A DNA stretch of 64,000 bases from Phoronis australis. Lineage: Eukaryota; Animalia; Phoronida. The notes under the pieces are model-generated. The model saw only the letters and a program-made list of their open reading frames with translations, did no database searches and had not been told where the DNA came from. Shown piece by piece: positions 25,967 to 37,900 of this stretch (positions are counted from its first letter, which is position 1; every line of letters starts with the position of its first letter). The stretch covers positions 8,804-72,803 of the forward strand of contig NMRA01000002.1 of NCBI GenBank assembly GCA_002633005.1, written 5' to 3'. The position numbers and the translations under genes are program-made.

Positions 25967-28900
25967 ATGCTGAGCACTTTAGGACGATCAGCAGTGTCTC
26001 TACGACCCCAACTTCTCAGATCTTCGGTATGGAATGTTATACCCGTTACAAGGTCTGAATCTCTAAGACAGTTTAGCACTGCAGCCATCTTACTTGTTGA
26101 GCGGTCTAGTGTTGAAGAAAATCAATTGTCCCGACTAGAGAAAAGCAGCAAAACTCAGGTGTCAAAGTATGCGTACCTGCCTGCGACAGAAAGCACTCAA
26201 CGGAACAGATACACTGGATTTGCCACAAAGCGAGAGCCTAAGGCATCTAAGTTCAAGATGTTCTATATTTATGGATTGACAGCCTGGTTCATATTTGTTT
26301 TAGGATTCGGAGGGTAAGGTTTGTCTTTTGTGATTACAGTTTGTTTTTTAAAAAGTGACAAATGAGAAAACCTTCCTGTTTAAGAACGGACTGCATTTTG
26401 CAACAGGTGTTCTTTGTGATTCTCTGATAATTTATTTGGTATTTATTTTGATTTTCATTATGAACATGTTTGGTATTCTCAGTCTTGTCTGAAAGTTAAT
26501 GTATGTATATATGCTTTTATTTCATGTATAGTAAATGGAGTAGTACCCTTCGTGTTCTCACTCTTGACTGGTCATTTGACAGAATTTTTAATCCCAGTGA
26601 CGGATCTAGGATATCACAAGGGGGGGGCCCAACATTTTCTCTGGCTGTAAGCATTTGCGCAAACCACGATTGTAGATGCGCACAGCACCGAATGGCGGGA
26701 GGTCGGGAGGGGGATTTGCCCCCTCCCGCCCAGGAAATTTTTCTGTTTTTTGCTCTAAAAATCAAGCATTTTCCTTGATTTCTGATGTATTATCCAAGAA
26801 AAAAGAAAAAAAAAGCACGGAGAACGTGTCACACAGGAAAAATTGCGAGTTTCACAGACTCGAACTCATGACCTGGCTGACATGAGGCGCGTGCTTTATC
26901 ACTACACCACCACGACTTTACTAATACACATAAACTAAGAGACCTACTTGTTTATGGTCCACAGCGTTTGCACGCGAAACCTACTTCTTTTTGTAATGCT
27001 TATTACACGTTTTATATTTTGTGTAATCGGTTCTTAACAAATTTGTTGTATTTAAAATAGTCTTCAAATGCCAAAAAGACCAAATCCGTTTTTCGTGTTG
27101 GCAATAATGATGGGATTGCTTTGGAAATCGTCTTAAGTTAAGGTTTGACAAGTAGAGAATTAATGAGTTTCTGAGTGATTCACTTAGGCTTCGATTAAAA
27201 TTCACATCTTACCAGCAGCTTTTGTTTTTTCATCGTCACTCAGATTCCATTTTCTTTAAAAAATGAAGTAAATTTTCTCCATTGCACAGTGGAGCAGACG
27301 ACGGAAACGGAGTGGTAGTGCGCAGCGCCACTGCCGGTCGCCTGGGATATCGCGGGAGAGCCTACACTTACCCGTAGTTCCGTTACAAATGCGCCGTGTT
27401 CCGAATTTGACACTTGAAATTGGATCTGAGCACCTCCCCCCCCCAAACACTAAAACTGCGCACATTTAAATCTTTTTTCATCCGTATAATTTTAATTACC
27501 GGGGCAAATTAATAAACTCAACATTTCCCTACGCNTCTAAATCCGCCTATGAATCCTGTTGCAAAACCCATGTTCTGTCGAGAGAACAAACTTTTGATAA
27601 TTATTGGGCTGTAAAATTTCCATCTTCATTTTCCTTAATACTCGAATGAGATGTGATTTCTTTTCTTAGAAAGAACCCGCATTTCGTTATTGCTTGAGAC
27701 CACCTGTTCAGCACATAAAATAACCTGCAGTGACAGCCTGAGTTGTTGAGTCTACTCTGTAACCAATTGCGAACTGTCGGTTCTTTCCAAGCCCAGCATA
27801 AGCTGTTACTTGAGTTGTGAACAAGATAAGACAAATTCCGTATTCGTTCTGTAAGTGATCCTAACAAAAGGGGAGTTAGCAGGTTTAATCAATAATTTTA
27901 ACAATACAGATCAGGGTCGTCGTTCACCTGATGGGGAAACGTGCCTCCTGAGAAGGAAAATATTTGGGGTGAGGGGAAAATTCTCCCTTCTAGTCGCCAT
28001 CAGTAGCTTCCTTACCCCTGTTGCCAGCCCTCACAGACTGTTCCTGGCGTAGGAAAAAACAACATTTTGTGCTTTTTCAAATCATCGCCTGTGTGACTTT
28101 CAAGTGATTTGAACCTAGAGGGGATTTTTTTCATCACTTGAAGGGAGGGGAATTTCACATGATTTTTAAGTACTTTTCATTAGGGAATTTGGCCAACCGT
28201 TGGTTCCAAAATCGAGGGATTGAGGGCTCTGACAGGGAGCTGTGGGTTTTCTGTTTGCAGTTGTGGCCTAGTCTGAAAGTTATTCTGGATAAAAATCTTT
28301 TTGTTAACTTTGCATGAACTTGCAATCATCTTGAAAGATGTTCAGTTGACCTTACTAAGTATTAGGATTTTCTTTAGGAACTCAAGAGTGCATTAAAGAT
28401 ATTTTATTATTGAAATGGAGTATTCTCTCGGGTGAAACAACTTGTGAGGCGTGTGGATTGCCTGGTCAACAACTGTTTTCTTTATTGTTAAAACCCCACT
28501 TTTTCCCTTTTCAGCTATTTGTTTTTGCATAACAACTTGTACATTTTGTTGTTGTTATATAATAAACTATAATGATGAATTTTTTCCATTTGACTGCAGT
28601 CTTCAAAAAATCTTCAAACTGTTCAAAATTGAGGCAGCGCCACCTGAAGTGGAAGACAATGAGACACCCAAGTCGACAGAAGTTAGTCACGTAGAGGGAG
28701 AGGATGAAAAGGTGAAAAGGAAGAAAGTATCATTCAGGGATAAGAAGGTAAATGCTTTATTTAGTTAATACATTTTTCATGTTGTTCTAACTTTGTCTAT
28801 GCTAGAAAACTGAATGTTGTTAGTTAAAACTATGCATGATAGGTTGAAACGATTTTGTGGCTGCATCTCTAAATTCCGGTCCTCTGAGCCCCCTTCCCAG

Positions 28901-31900
28901 ACTAGCAGACAATGAACAGAGATGTCGTATCAGCCTGTATTTTTATGAGGTGGAATGGTCACGGTTATGCGATAGTGTCCACCCCCTGTTACTTTCCAGT
29001 ATTTACAGACATGAGGCTTCAGATAGAAAACTCCTGGGCCCTAATTTGGTTATTAGGTTCACCTACCTTTATCAGTTTTTGCGATTGTCTTGGTATGTTT
29101 TGTTTTCGTTGGTGTCATTAATTGATATTCTAGTCATTGGTGTCATTTATTGAAATTTCAGCCAAACTCGGCTGTTGGTGATTGAAATTAGTGTTAAAAG
29201 TGCTGTGCCATTTAGCTGTTGGATTGTCTTGATGAATGATAAGTTGGAAAATTTACAGTTGCCAGGGGGAGTGTGTGTTGTGATCTAAACTGGCCTGGAA
29301 TCTTATGGTGTAATGGGGTCAATAGAATTGGCTTCAGTTTATGATGAAAACAAGGAACATCTTCCAATTTTGATCTTACTTAGCAAATTTATTTCGCATA
29401 TAACTTACTCTAAATCAAATTTTTGCTTTCTAATCTTGTTTATGTACTAGTTATGGATCTTGTTTGCATGGCACCTGGAATTTGTTATTTGTTGCAATTT
29501 TTTCTAGATAAATGCTTAGTTTCCGAGTTGTCACTGGAAAGCACACATTGCATTAAAACCTTGTATTGAAACCTTTTAAATGTTGCAGAACCATGACATT
29601 AAATTTTGCTAACCATAGTTTATCAGTGATAAATCAATGTGGTTAGTTTATTGTTTAGCCTGCAGAAATATTTTCAAGCTTGAAACAGATGGCATCAACA
29701 GATTGTGTGCTGAAACGATAATGTTCACTTGGGATTGACAGGGCTTGAAATTTTCCTCTTTAAAGAGGATTTCCTCTATTTTGGTTTCAATTTCCTCATA
29801 TTTGATTTCCAGTTTCTTCTTTTTTGTCTCTTTTTTATATTTCTATCACACAAGCCTATTTATTTGTGGAACGATACATCACCTGGAAAATTTTCCTCTT
29901 TTTTGGCATTAGTCATTCCAAGACCTGGATTGAAGATAGGGGCAGTAGCCTGTTTGATTTTGTTTTATTTAAAATACTCATGAAAACTGTTGACCTCTGA
30001 AAATATTCCCACTTCTTAATGAAAAAATCAAAAGTAAAGAATACTTTCCACACGTGGAAACTACAGGGAAAATGTGGAAGGCTAAAAACTTTTAAATTTA
30101 ATAATAAAAGAACCTAAGACAGTTTATGAATCATATCACTTGGCAGCAATAGAGCCAACAGTTTACAATTTGTCTTCTTTTTGTGCTAAAATATTTTTTT
30201 GGAAATTACATCCCGGAAAACGCATGGACAATTCGTGGAAAATATGAATTGGATTTCATGCCGTGACTGCGTGGAACCCACATGTTATTGTATTCTAAGT
30301 TCCTGGTCTCTCGTCCTTCCTTTGAAAGTGAAATTGGACTTGAATGTTTAAAGTGTCTTATCATTTTGTTTACTTAGCTCGGATTCCTCACTTTCAGATT
30401 ATCGAGTATGAAAATCGTATCCGTATGTACTCTACACCCGACAAGATATTCCGCTATTTTGCCTCTCTGAAGCTCACCGGCGAGTCTGAGCCATACATGA
30501 CTCCTGATGACTTTGTGCGTTCCATCACACCTGGTAGCAAGCAACCCGAAGGTAACATGACCCGGGCCACCATGCAGTCTTCAAACTTGAGCTCAATTTT
30601 TGCAGTTTCTGTTCTTAAGTGTGAATTCAAGAACATTTTGATTTTGATCTCAAGTACATTACCAGGTCTGTGTATCATACGCAAAAATGGGGATTCATAC
30701 AAAAAAAAATATTTTAAAAAACTACCATAACTTTTGAAGTAAGGAAATCTTTGTTGTGTATATTATCACAATATATTACATTAATTTTGTAAGTTCAGTA
30801 GAGAACCATTCCATTTATTGTGATCTTTTCAACGCTGCAAGAGCAGTCCACCAACTAAACACCTTTAGAGAATTATGAAAACTGGTGGTCAAATTACTGC
30901 ACGTTTTAAATTGTTTCATTGGTAGGTAACTGGGAAAAATACTAGCTTAACACAGTTTCAATTCATTAACGTGCTGATCAAAGTTCGAGTTTTTGATGTT
31001 TGGTGTCAACTAAAAAGTCTGCAAATTTACTGAAAAATCTGCAAATCTGGTGTCCAAAGCACTCAAATGCAGTACTGGTGGTAGGCAAGTTTGCATTATA
31101 GTAAGCACATTCTCTTAAGTTGGAATATCGGCCCCATTCTCCTTGAAAAATACTTAAAAATCACGTAAAGTTTCCCTTATGAGGCCCAAAACTTCTCTTT
31201 AAGTGATAAAAAATTCCCCTGGAGGTTCCCCTATTGCCCTTCTTTCATTATTGTTTTCTTTTTAGAAAATTATTTCTTTCCATTTTAATTCGTTAATCTT
31301 GGTACAAAAATCAACCTGTATTTATGAGATTTCACTTCGGTCGTCTTGTATTCAAAATATGTTTGTAACTGGTTCTGCTGTTTTACAGGTTTGGGTCTTG
31401 ACAAGTTCAAAAGGTTTGACCCAAAGGTAAGTCTTATCAAGTAAGTTACCTAGTGTTGTTCAAATTCACTGCTGCAGTCAGTGCAGACTTACTTTCAAAC
31501 AACACAGTTTCCTGTCTGATATTTTACTCGTGATGAATGAAATAAAATGTTTGTGTCATTTTGGTCTTCACTCAGCCGTGTTATGTCCCAAAAGCACTCA
31601 GTTTAGCTGTCAATAATGCCCCTCTGTAGAGGTATAATTGCACTTTGAATTGCTTATCAATTCTTTACCAGAACTGAAAGGAGACAACTATATGGGGGTA
31701 TCGTCTCTGACATCCATGTTGCTTTTCAGCACCTAAACACAAACTTTTATGAATGTCACCTGATTGAGGCCAGTCTTGAGCAGATTTTCCAAATCCCAAA
31801 TATCGCTTCAAGTGGTAGTCAGGTTCAAGACGGACTGATTTCATGGTATTAGTGCTATTTGGTATATTTCACTACTGGCCAACCTATATCTAATTGTCTG

Positions 31901-34900
31901 AGTGTTTTAACTTTAATACGTGGCAGTGGTGGGTGATTAAGAAAATATCTACATTCTTGCGGCAGAGCATAATTTTTGCCCAAATGCTCTAAAAGTTATC
32001 TATGTTATGTGGAAGGATAATAGCTGTGTTGTTTTGGAAGTATGGTAATTTATTTAAATGGTTGTGTAATCTTTTTCTTCGATGTAAACTTAGTTTTTCT
32101 TTAACTGTGCACCAAAGATTTTATTACATTGAGTTGTAGTATATTACATTCACCATTTGAGTGTTAGTATTTCTTGTCTGAGTCACTCTGTATTATTCGG
32201 TTTCTTCCCCTCTCACTCACTTTTTGAGAAAATTTCCGTTCATTGACAAATTAAACATTTTCTTTTTTACCAATAATCATATGCACGTTATCACTTCATC
32301 TCTACGGGCCATTTTGGCTATTTTTTACTTGCTATGAACAGGCTAAAAAACAGTTGGTAAGTTGTTTGTTTCGTGTTTGTTATGCTATGGTAATTGTTAT
32401 GTTGTTAGCGCATTTTCTATTTTGCAAAAAGGCAATAAAAATGACAAAGTCTGTAGTAAAATTACTTCCATGGTAGTACAGTAGCCATACTTGTCTTCCG
32501 TTAACCCGGCTGTTTGGGTGAGGCCAAGCTGACTTAACCTTCACTTTTTGACATGATGTTTGGTTTTATACCCACCTCTATTTTATACACGTGCAGCACA
32601 GCTATTAGTGTCTCTAAGTCAGCTTCATCGATGTGAACCCCTACCTACCTGGAGAAATAAATATAGCTCAGAAATGATATGCAATTTGTTGGTCTGCGCC
32701 CTAACCAACAGCAATCCTCTTTATTGTGGGAAACTATTGTTTACCGCTTGCTTTGAAATTTACTGGCATAAAATATAAGTCCCTGGTTGTACCAAAATTG
32801 GTCATTCAGATAAATGCTCATTGACTCCCAACGTTTTGTCAAGTTTGTTTTTAGAATCCTACCCTTGATTTTCGACTTTTAAAGATGTCAGTGGGGGGGT
32901 TCTCATTAGAATACGGTTAATAAATGTCATGCGATTTTACCTGACGTTGTTGTTTTTATTGTGTTCTGCTCTTTTTTTTTCTATCTGGTAACTGCTTGGA
33001 TTTTCATTGTACCTGTTGTGGTATTCTGCACACAGTGGTGATTAAGCAAATGCATCCGACTGTTCACTTTTGTGTACGTCACCAATTCCATGTAGCAGGA
33101 TCTGGGAATTATCACCTGTCAGTGATGGTCTTAAATTTCTAGAATGCACAGCAATGGTTGCACCTTTCAGGCATGATTATTTCGGATATGTGGTCATCTT
33201 TAATCATTGTACTTACTGGCTGTTCGTCATGACTTTGATACTTAGGGTTGAACTGTTGCTTTCTGGGTGACAATGGAGAGTCGTCAATGCAAGAAAACCC
33301 GATGATTTTTAGATAATGATGACAGATGCTTTTTGAACATTACACTGTTACGCAGGCATTGTGCCGTGACAGAATACACTGAATGGATATCAATGCGTGT
33401 ATTGTAGGATCACAGCCTCGCAAAATTTCAAGTGAATTTTTAGTGTTAGTGCTTTCAACTGCTGCATGTCAATATTGTAGATTTGGTCATTGGATAATAA
33501 ATTCCTTGGCCAAGGTATAGCCGTCAGCAAATTGTGCTGTTTAGAATAAATTTGTTCTTGTTCATGCCAAGCTTTCAGGTATTTTGAACGCAGTGGGAAT
33601 GGCTTTTATGTAGATGCATGAAGTGATAGTCGGGTTCTGTGAACAAGTGACAAAAGGAACGAGAAAAGTTGTTGCTCAAATGGATCGACTCTTCTTCCTT
33701 TGGCAAAGTGCTGAAAACCTTTCCTAGTGAAATGAGCTTTCGCCTCAGTTTATAAAATGTTGTAATAGCCTTGCAAACACACTTACCTGTGTGAACAAAT
33801 TGAAAATGCGGTCTACTTTCGGAAAATTGTTATCCTTTGATACCTGGAGTGCAGCCTCAGGGTCAAACAATAACAAGACTGCTCGTGCATATCAGGAATC
33901 TTGTGCCATGAACAACTGCCCTGGGCTTGCATACACGAACACTGTGCCCAAAATGCCCAAATGCTACCCTTAAAAGATGAGTCTTAGAGTTGTGACATAA
34001 ACATCTTGTGTTCTTTTGTTCTATAACTTAAGTTGAGGCTAGATCGAACAGCGATCCTGGTGGTGGGCAATGAAGTAGTCGTGTTTGCAAGAGGGTGGTT
34101 GTTGTTTAAGCAGGTGTTGTTTTCTCATTAAGATCCACTTAGAACTTTGAAGTACTAATTAAAATGACCTTCTAATCACTTCAAGGTGATATGCTAGACT
34201 GGTAGAATTATTGCTAACCATGTTGGTTTAGTTTTAGTACCAGCGTATGCTAATAATGAAACTGACATTTTTGCTGTGTAGTACAACTTACTAAACAAGC
34301 AACCAATCAATGTGTAACTTTAAAGTGAGTTTAGCTTGATAGTGGGCTTGTATGTTCTATGTAGATATTAATTATGAATTGTCACATAGCTGATTTGGTT
34401 ACACTTTACCATACCTGTGAGCAATTGCATTATTTGAAATAAAATAATTATTGTTGGTTTCTTCTTAGGGCATGAAAGCGCTACCAGTTTATGAGAAAAA
34501 CGCGCGCACAGATATGCCAGTGTTGATCTGCAATTTTCTTTCCCGACTTAGTTTTAATCTCTGTGTTGTAGAAGGACAAGCTGGAATCCAGTCTTGGTAA
34601 AGACAGCATATTTTTCAAACTGGGTGAAATGGGTCTGATCTCGTTCACGGATTATGTGTTACTCTTAACTATTATGTCTAGTAAGTAGCTTTGGCTTTCA
34701 AAAGTATATGTAAAGTCCTGGACTAACAAATGTATTTTCACCTCAGAAATCAGTGAATTTGCAGTGCTGTTAACTTTCAGATAAGCACTGTAGGGAACTA
34801 AACCATTTGAATATTAACAAATTAAGGACCCTTTTTAAAAACTGGATTTTTAACTTTATCAGAAAGAAAAGCTTATGCAGACTTTTCGAGCTTCTGTAAC

Positions 34901-37900
34901 ATATGGTGGTGTGTGTCAATCATGAAACGAATGGCAGAGTTATTAAACAGTATCCGGTCCCACATATGTGATAGGTTAAATCTTAGTCCAGCTATTCTGT
35001 TGAGTGATGTGTACTCGATTCTTTCAAAAAAGTACAATTCACACCATGTTCAAGCCACTCTTTGTAGAATCAGCACATTTTCCTGGTCAAAAGTATGACC
35101 CAATTCCTCCCAGTTAGTGAACACAGCTGAGTCGCAGGTCACAAAAGCTGGGTCATCAATGCTGAGATAACTGTGATTTCAGAGATTGTTTGGTTCCCCC
35201 ACATAGATTTCTGTACACTCAACACTCTTTATACATGAACTGTTTCCCCCTTGCCTGTCCTAAGGATGCACATGTTTGAAGGACGTTTTGTGAAAAGACT
35301 TCTTTGAATATTTGCAAGGGAGTGTGTTTTTGAAACAATAAACAGAAGTGGTGAACTGAGGTTCAATCTGCCACATATGTGGGACTGGGTATTGTTCAAA
35401 TTTTGCCAGTTGTTTGCCCCGATATCGACTCATGCCACCTGGTGTCACATAAGCTTGAGAAACTCAACAGTGGCTGATTAAATGTTGATTTCAATTCTCA
35501 AGTAAGTTCAGGCCTGGGGTCTTTCATGGAAAGTGACTTCATTCTGAAATTTAATCTTTAGTTACTCGCAGCCAGATCTAAAAAATTATTAAATTTCTCT
35601 TGAGCAAAAGTGCAAACTTGAGTCTGTCTAAATGTACTCATAATTGCTAGTTACTGCAACTTTTTGAAAACTGTTTTAACATTACTAGCTTTTTTCAAAT
35701 CTTTATCTTGTGGCTTGCCCATTGAGTTCAGTGTTCATTTGTTAAATCAATTTAGTCTAGTGGATGTAATTTTACAGTTTATGAAGTACATGGCAATATA
35801 AGAAACACGAGTCTAAAGTAATCCTTTTTATTTTTGTACACTGCTGTATGACATGTAACTTGCAAGCATAATGTGTTTGTCTCACAAAGAGTTCTTTTGT
35901 TTTCAGCTCCCAACAGACTATTTGAGCTGGCCTTCAAGATGTTCGACTATGATGGGAACGGGACTCTGGAATACAGCGAATATGACAGGGTAAGTTGTCT
36001 GCTGTTCACAGAACGTCTTGCGCCATCTGTTGGTGTAAATACTAGTGCTGTAAGAGTTCAAAATTTGCTTTTTATGGGCTTTTATTTTCAAGGTCCTAAT
36101 TGGTTTTTCTGCTCTATTCTTTCTGAAGATGACTCATTGAGTATTTTCCCAGCCTTTACCAGGAAAACACTATTAAGCCATACAACTCTGAAATCAGGAT
36201 GGGTGTCTATGTTTAGAATGGTCTTGTTGTGCTGAAGTGATATCGAGTGCAACTTTGGAGTTCAAATAAACTGAAAATTAGAACAGTTTAACATGCACAA
36301 ATACCAATTATGATATCTCCCTAACCAGTTTTTATGTACTAATAACTTTTTCATGATGTTTAAACTATTTCTTCAGAATAGTAAATGTTGAACGTAAACA
36401 GGTCTTGCCTTGGGACATTTAAATGTATGTCCCAAGATAATAGTTGACTTTGTGTTACTCTTACTTGCACTCTGTAGTCTTAATTCTTTGTCTTTCTTTA
36501 AGTGCTTTGCTTGTCTAAACTTCACAGTCATTGGTATTCACAACTGAACAATCAAATTGGTTGTGCCGTGCAGGTCCAGTCCATATTAAGATCTCAGACA
36601 GCGATGGGTTCACGACACCGCGACCACTCTAACACAGGAAGTGTGATCGAGGTCACGCACTCGGCACTCAGTCGATACTTCTTCGGCGAGAAACTGGACC
36701 AGAAGCTGTCTTACAAAAAGTTTGAGTCATTCATGAAGGAGCTGGAGCAGGAGATATTGAAAATGGAGGTTTGCAGAAAATATTACTCCGGCCAAGAATC
36801 CACATTTGGATATTGCCTTATTTATTTGTGCATTGTTCACAATTGTGCAAAATTTACTCATTATTTAAAATAAAGTTTTTCAGTTCATAGGACGTGACAG
36901 GAAAACTCATGATCATTAAGTATGACTGCTAGAGAAAGTGCTGACATTTCTGTTTTCTGTTGCTGGGTCTCCAAAAAGGTTTTTTCATTATAATTGTTCT
37001 ATTTCTTCTGTGTTCTATGTTTAGTCCCTTCCGTTCTTTAAGTGGTTTTGGATAAGGTAGGTGGCAGCAATGTGTTTTTAGGGTTGCAACTCTTTGTAAG
37101 CTTAAGATCGAGGGCATGTTGTGGTAGAATTGTACCTTCAGCACGTATCACAAAACTGTAGATTTCCTGAAACATTGTGCACTGGTCAGGGAAACCTGAA
37201 AACTTCAGCCAAAATTAATAAAACTTGCACGAGTTGAATCCAACAGCACCAAGATATTTCATCCGAGTCATGGGAAGTTTAATTTCTATTAAGTGCTCAG
37301 TTCCGGAACCAGAATGAATATACTGTGGAAGTGGATCCGATGGAAATATTATGCATGTCTGATTTGTGCGAGTTTTATTGTTTTGTTCGAAGTATTAGCT
37401 GTAACTTGTGTCATCTATTTTTGGTCACCCTCTTTATCGGCATTACAGTTTTGATAATTTTTTTAAGTATTGTCTTTTGGATAATTTTATGCGTAACTTT
37501 CAATGTTTGATATGGTTACTGGCTACAATCAACTATCAGGGGTCAATGGTTTCTGGAAATGAGCTGTTTTCAACTTGTATTTTTTCATGAATTCAAAAAG
37601 CCTCTGGGAATTTAAAAAAGTCTGTGTTTTCAGTTTAACAGGTTCGAGCCGACAGACAACAAGATAACAGAGCGTCAGTTTGGCGAGGTCCTCATTCTTC
37701 ATGCAGGATTCGCCGAAGCCAAACGTCAAAGGATGTTGAAACGAGTGAAGAAAGCATACCCCAATGGACAGGTATCTGTCAAATTTTAAGAGCATTTTTC
37801 TGTGGAGAACACTTTGTACCTAGGGGATCTCTTGCGAATAATGAGTAGGGAGTGTTAGGCAAGTTAAAATCTAGACCGATACAATATTTGGGTTATAGGG

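Noticed and set aside
27912-28031. Further CAGGG-type MITE with near 6-bp TSD (ACAGAT/ACAGAC)
   Set aside because: Both the TIR and the TSD are imperfect and could be chance.
32530-32660. Third candidate alternative acceptor in the MICU1 microexon intron
   Set aside because: The AG-free zone is shorter and there is no credible donor; support is too weak.
36120-36150. Hammerhead-like CTGAAGA-GACTC/GAGT
   Set aside because: Lacks the downstream GAAA core.
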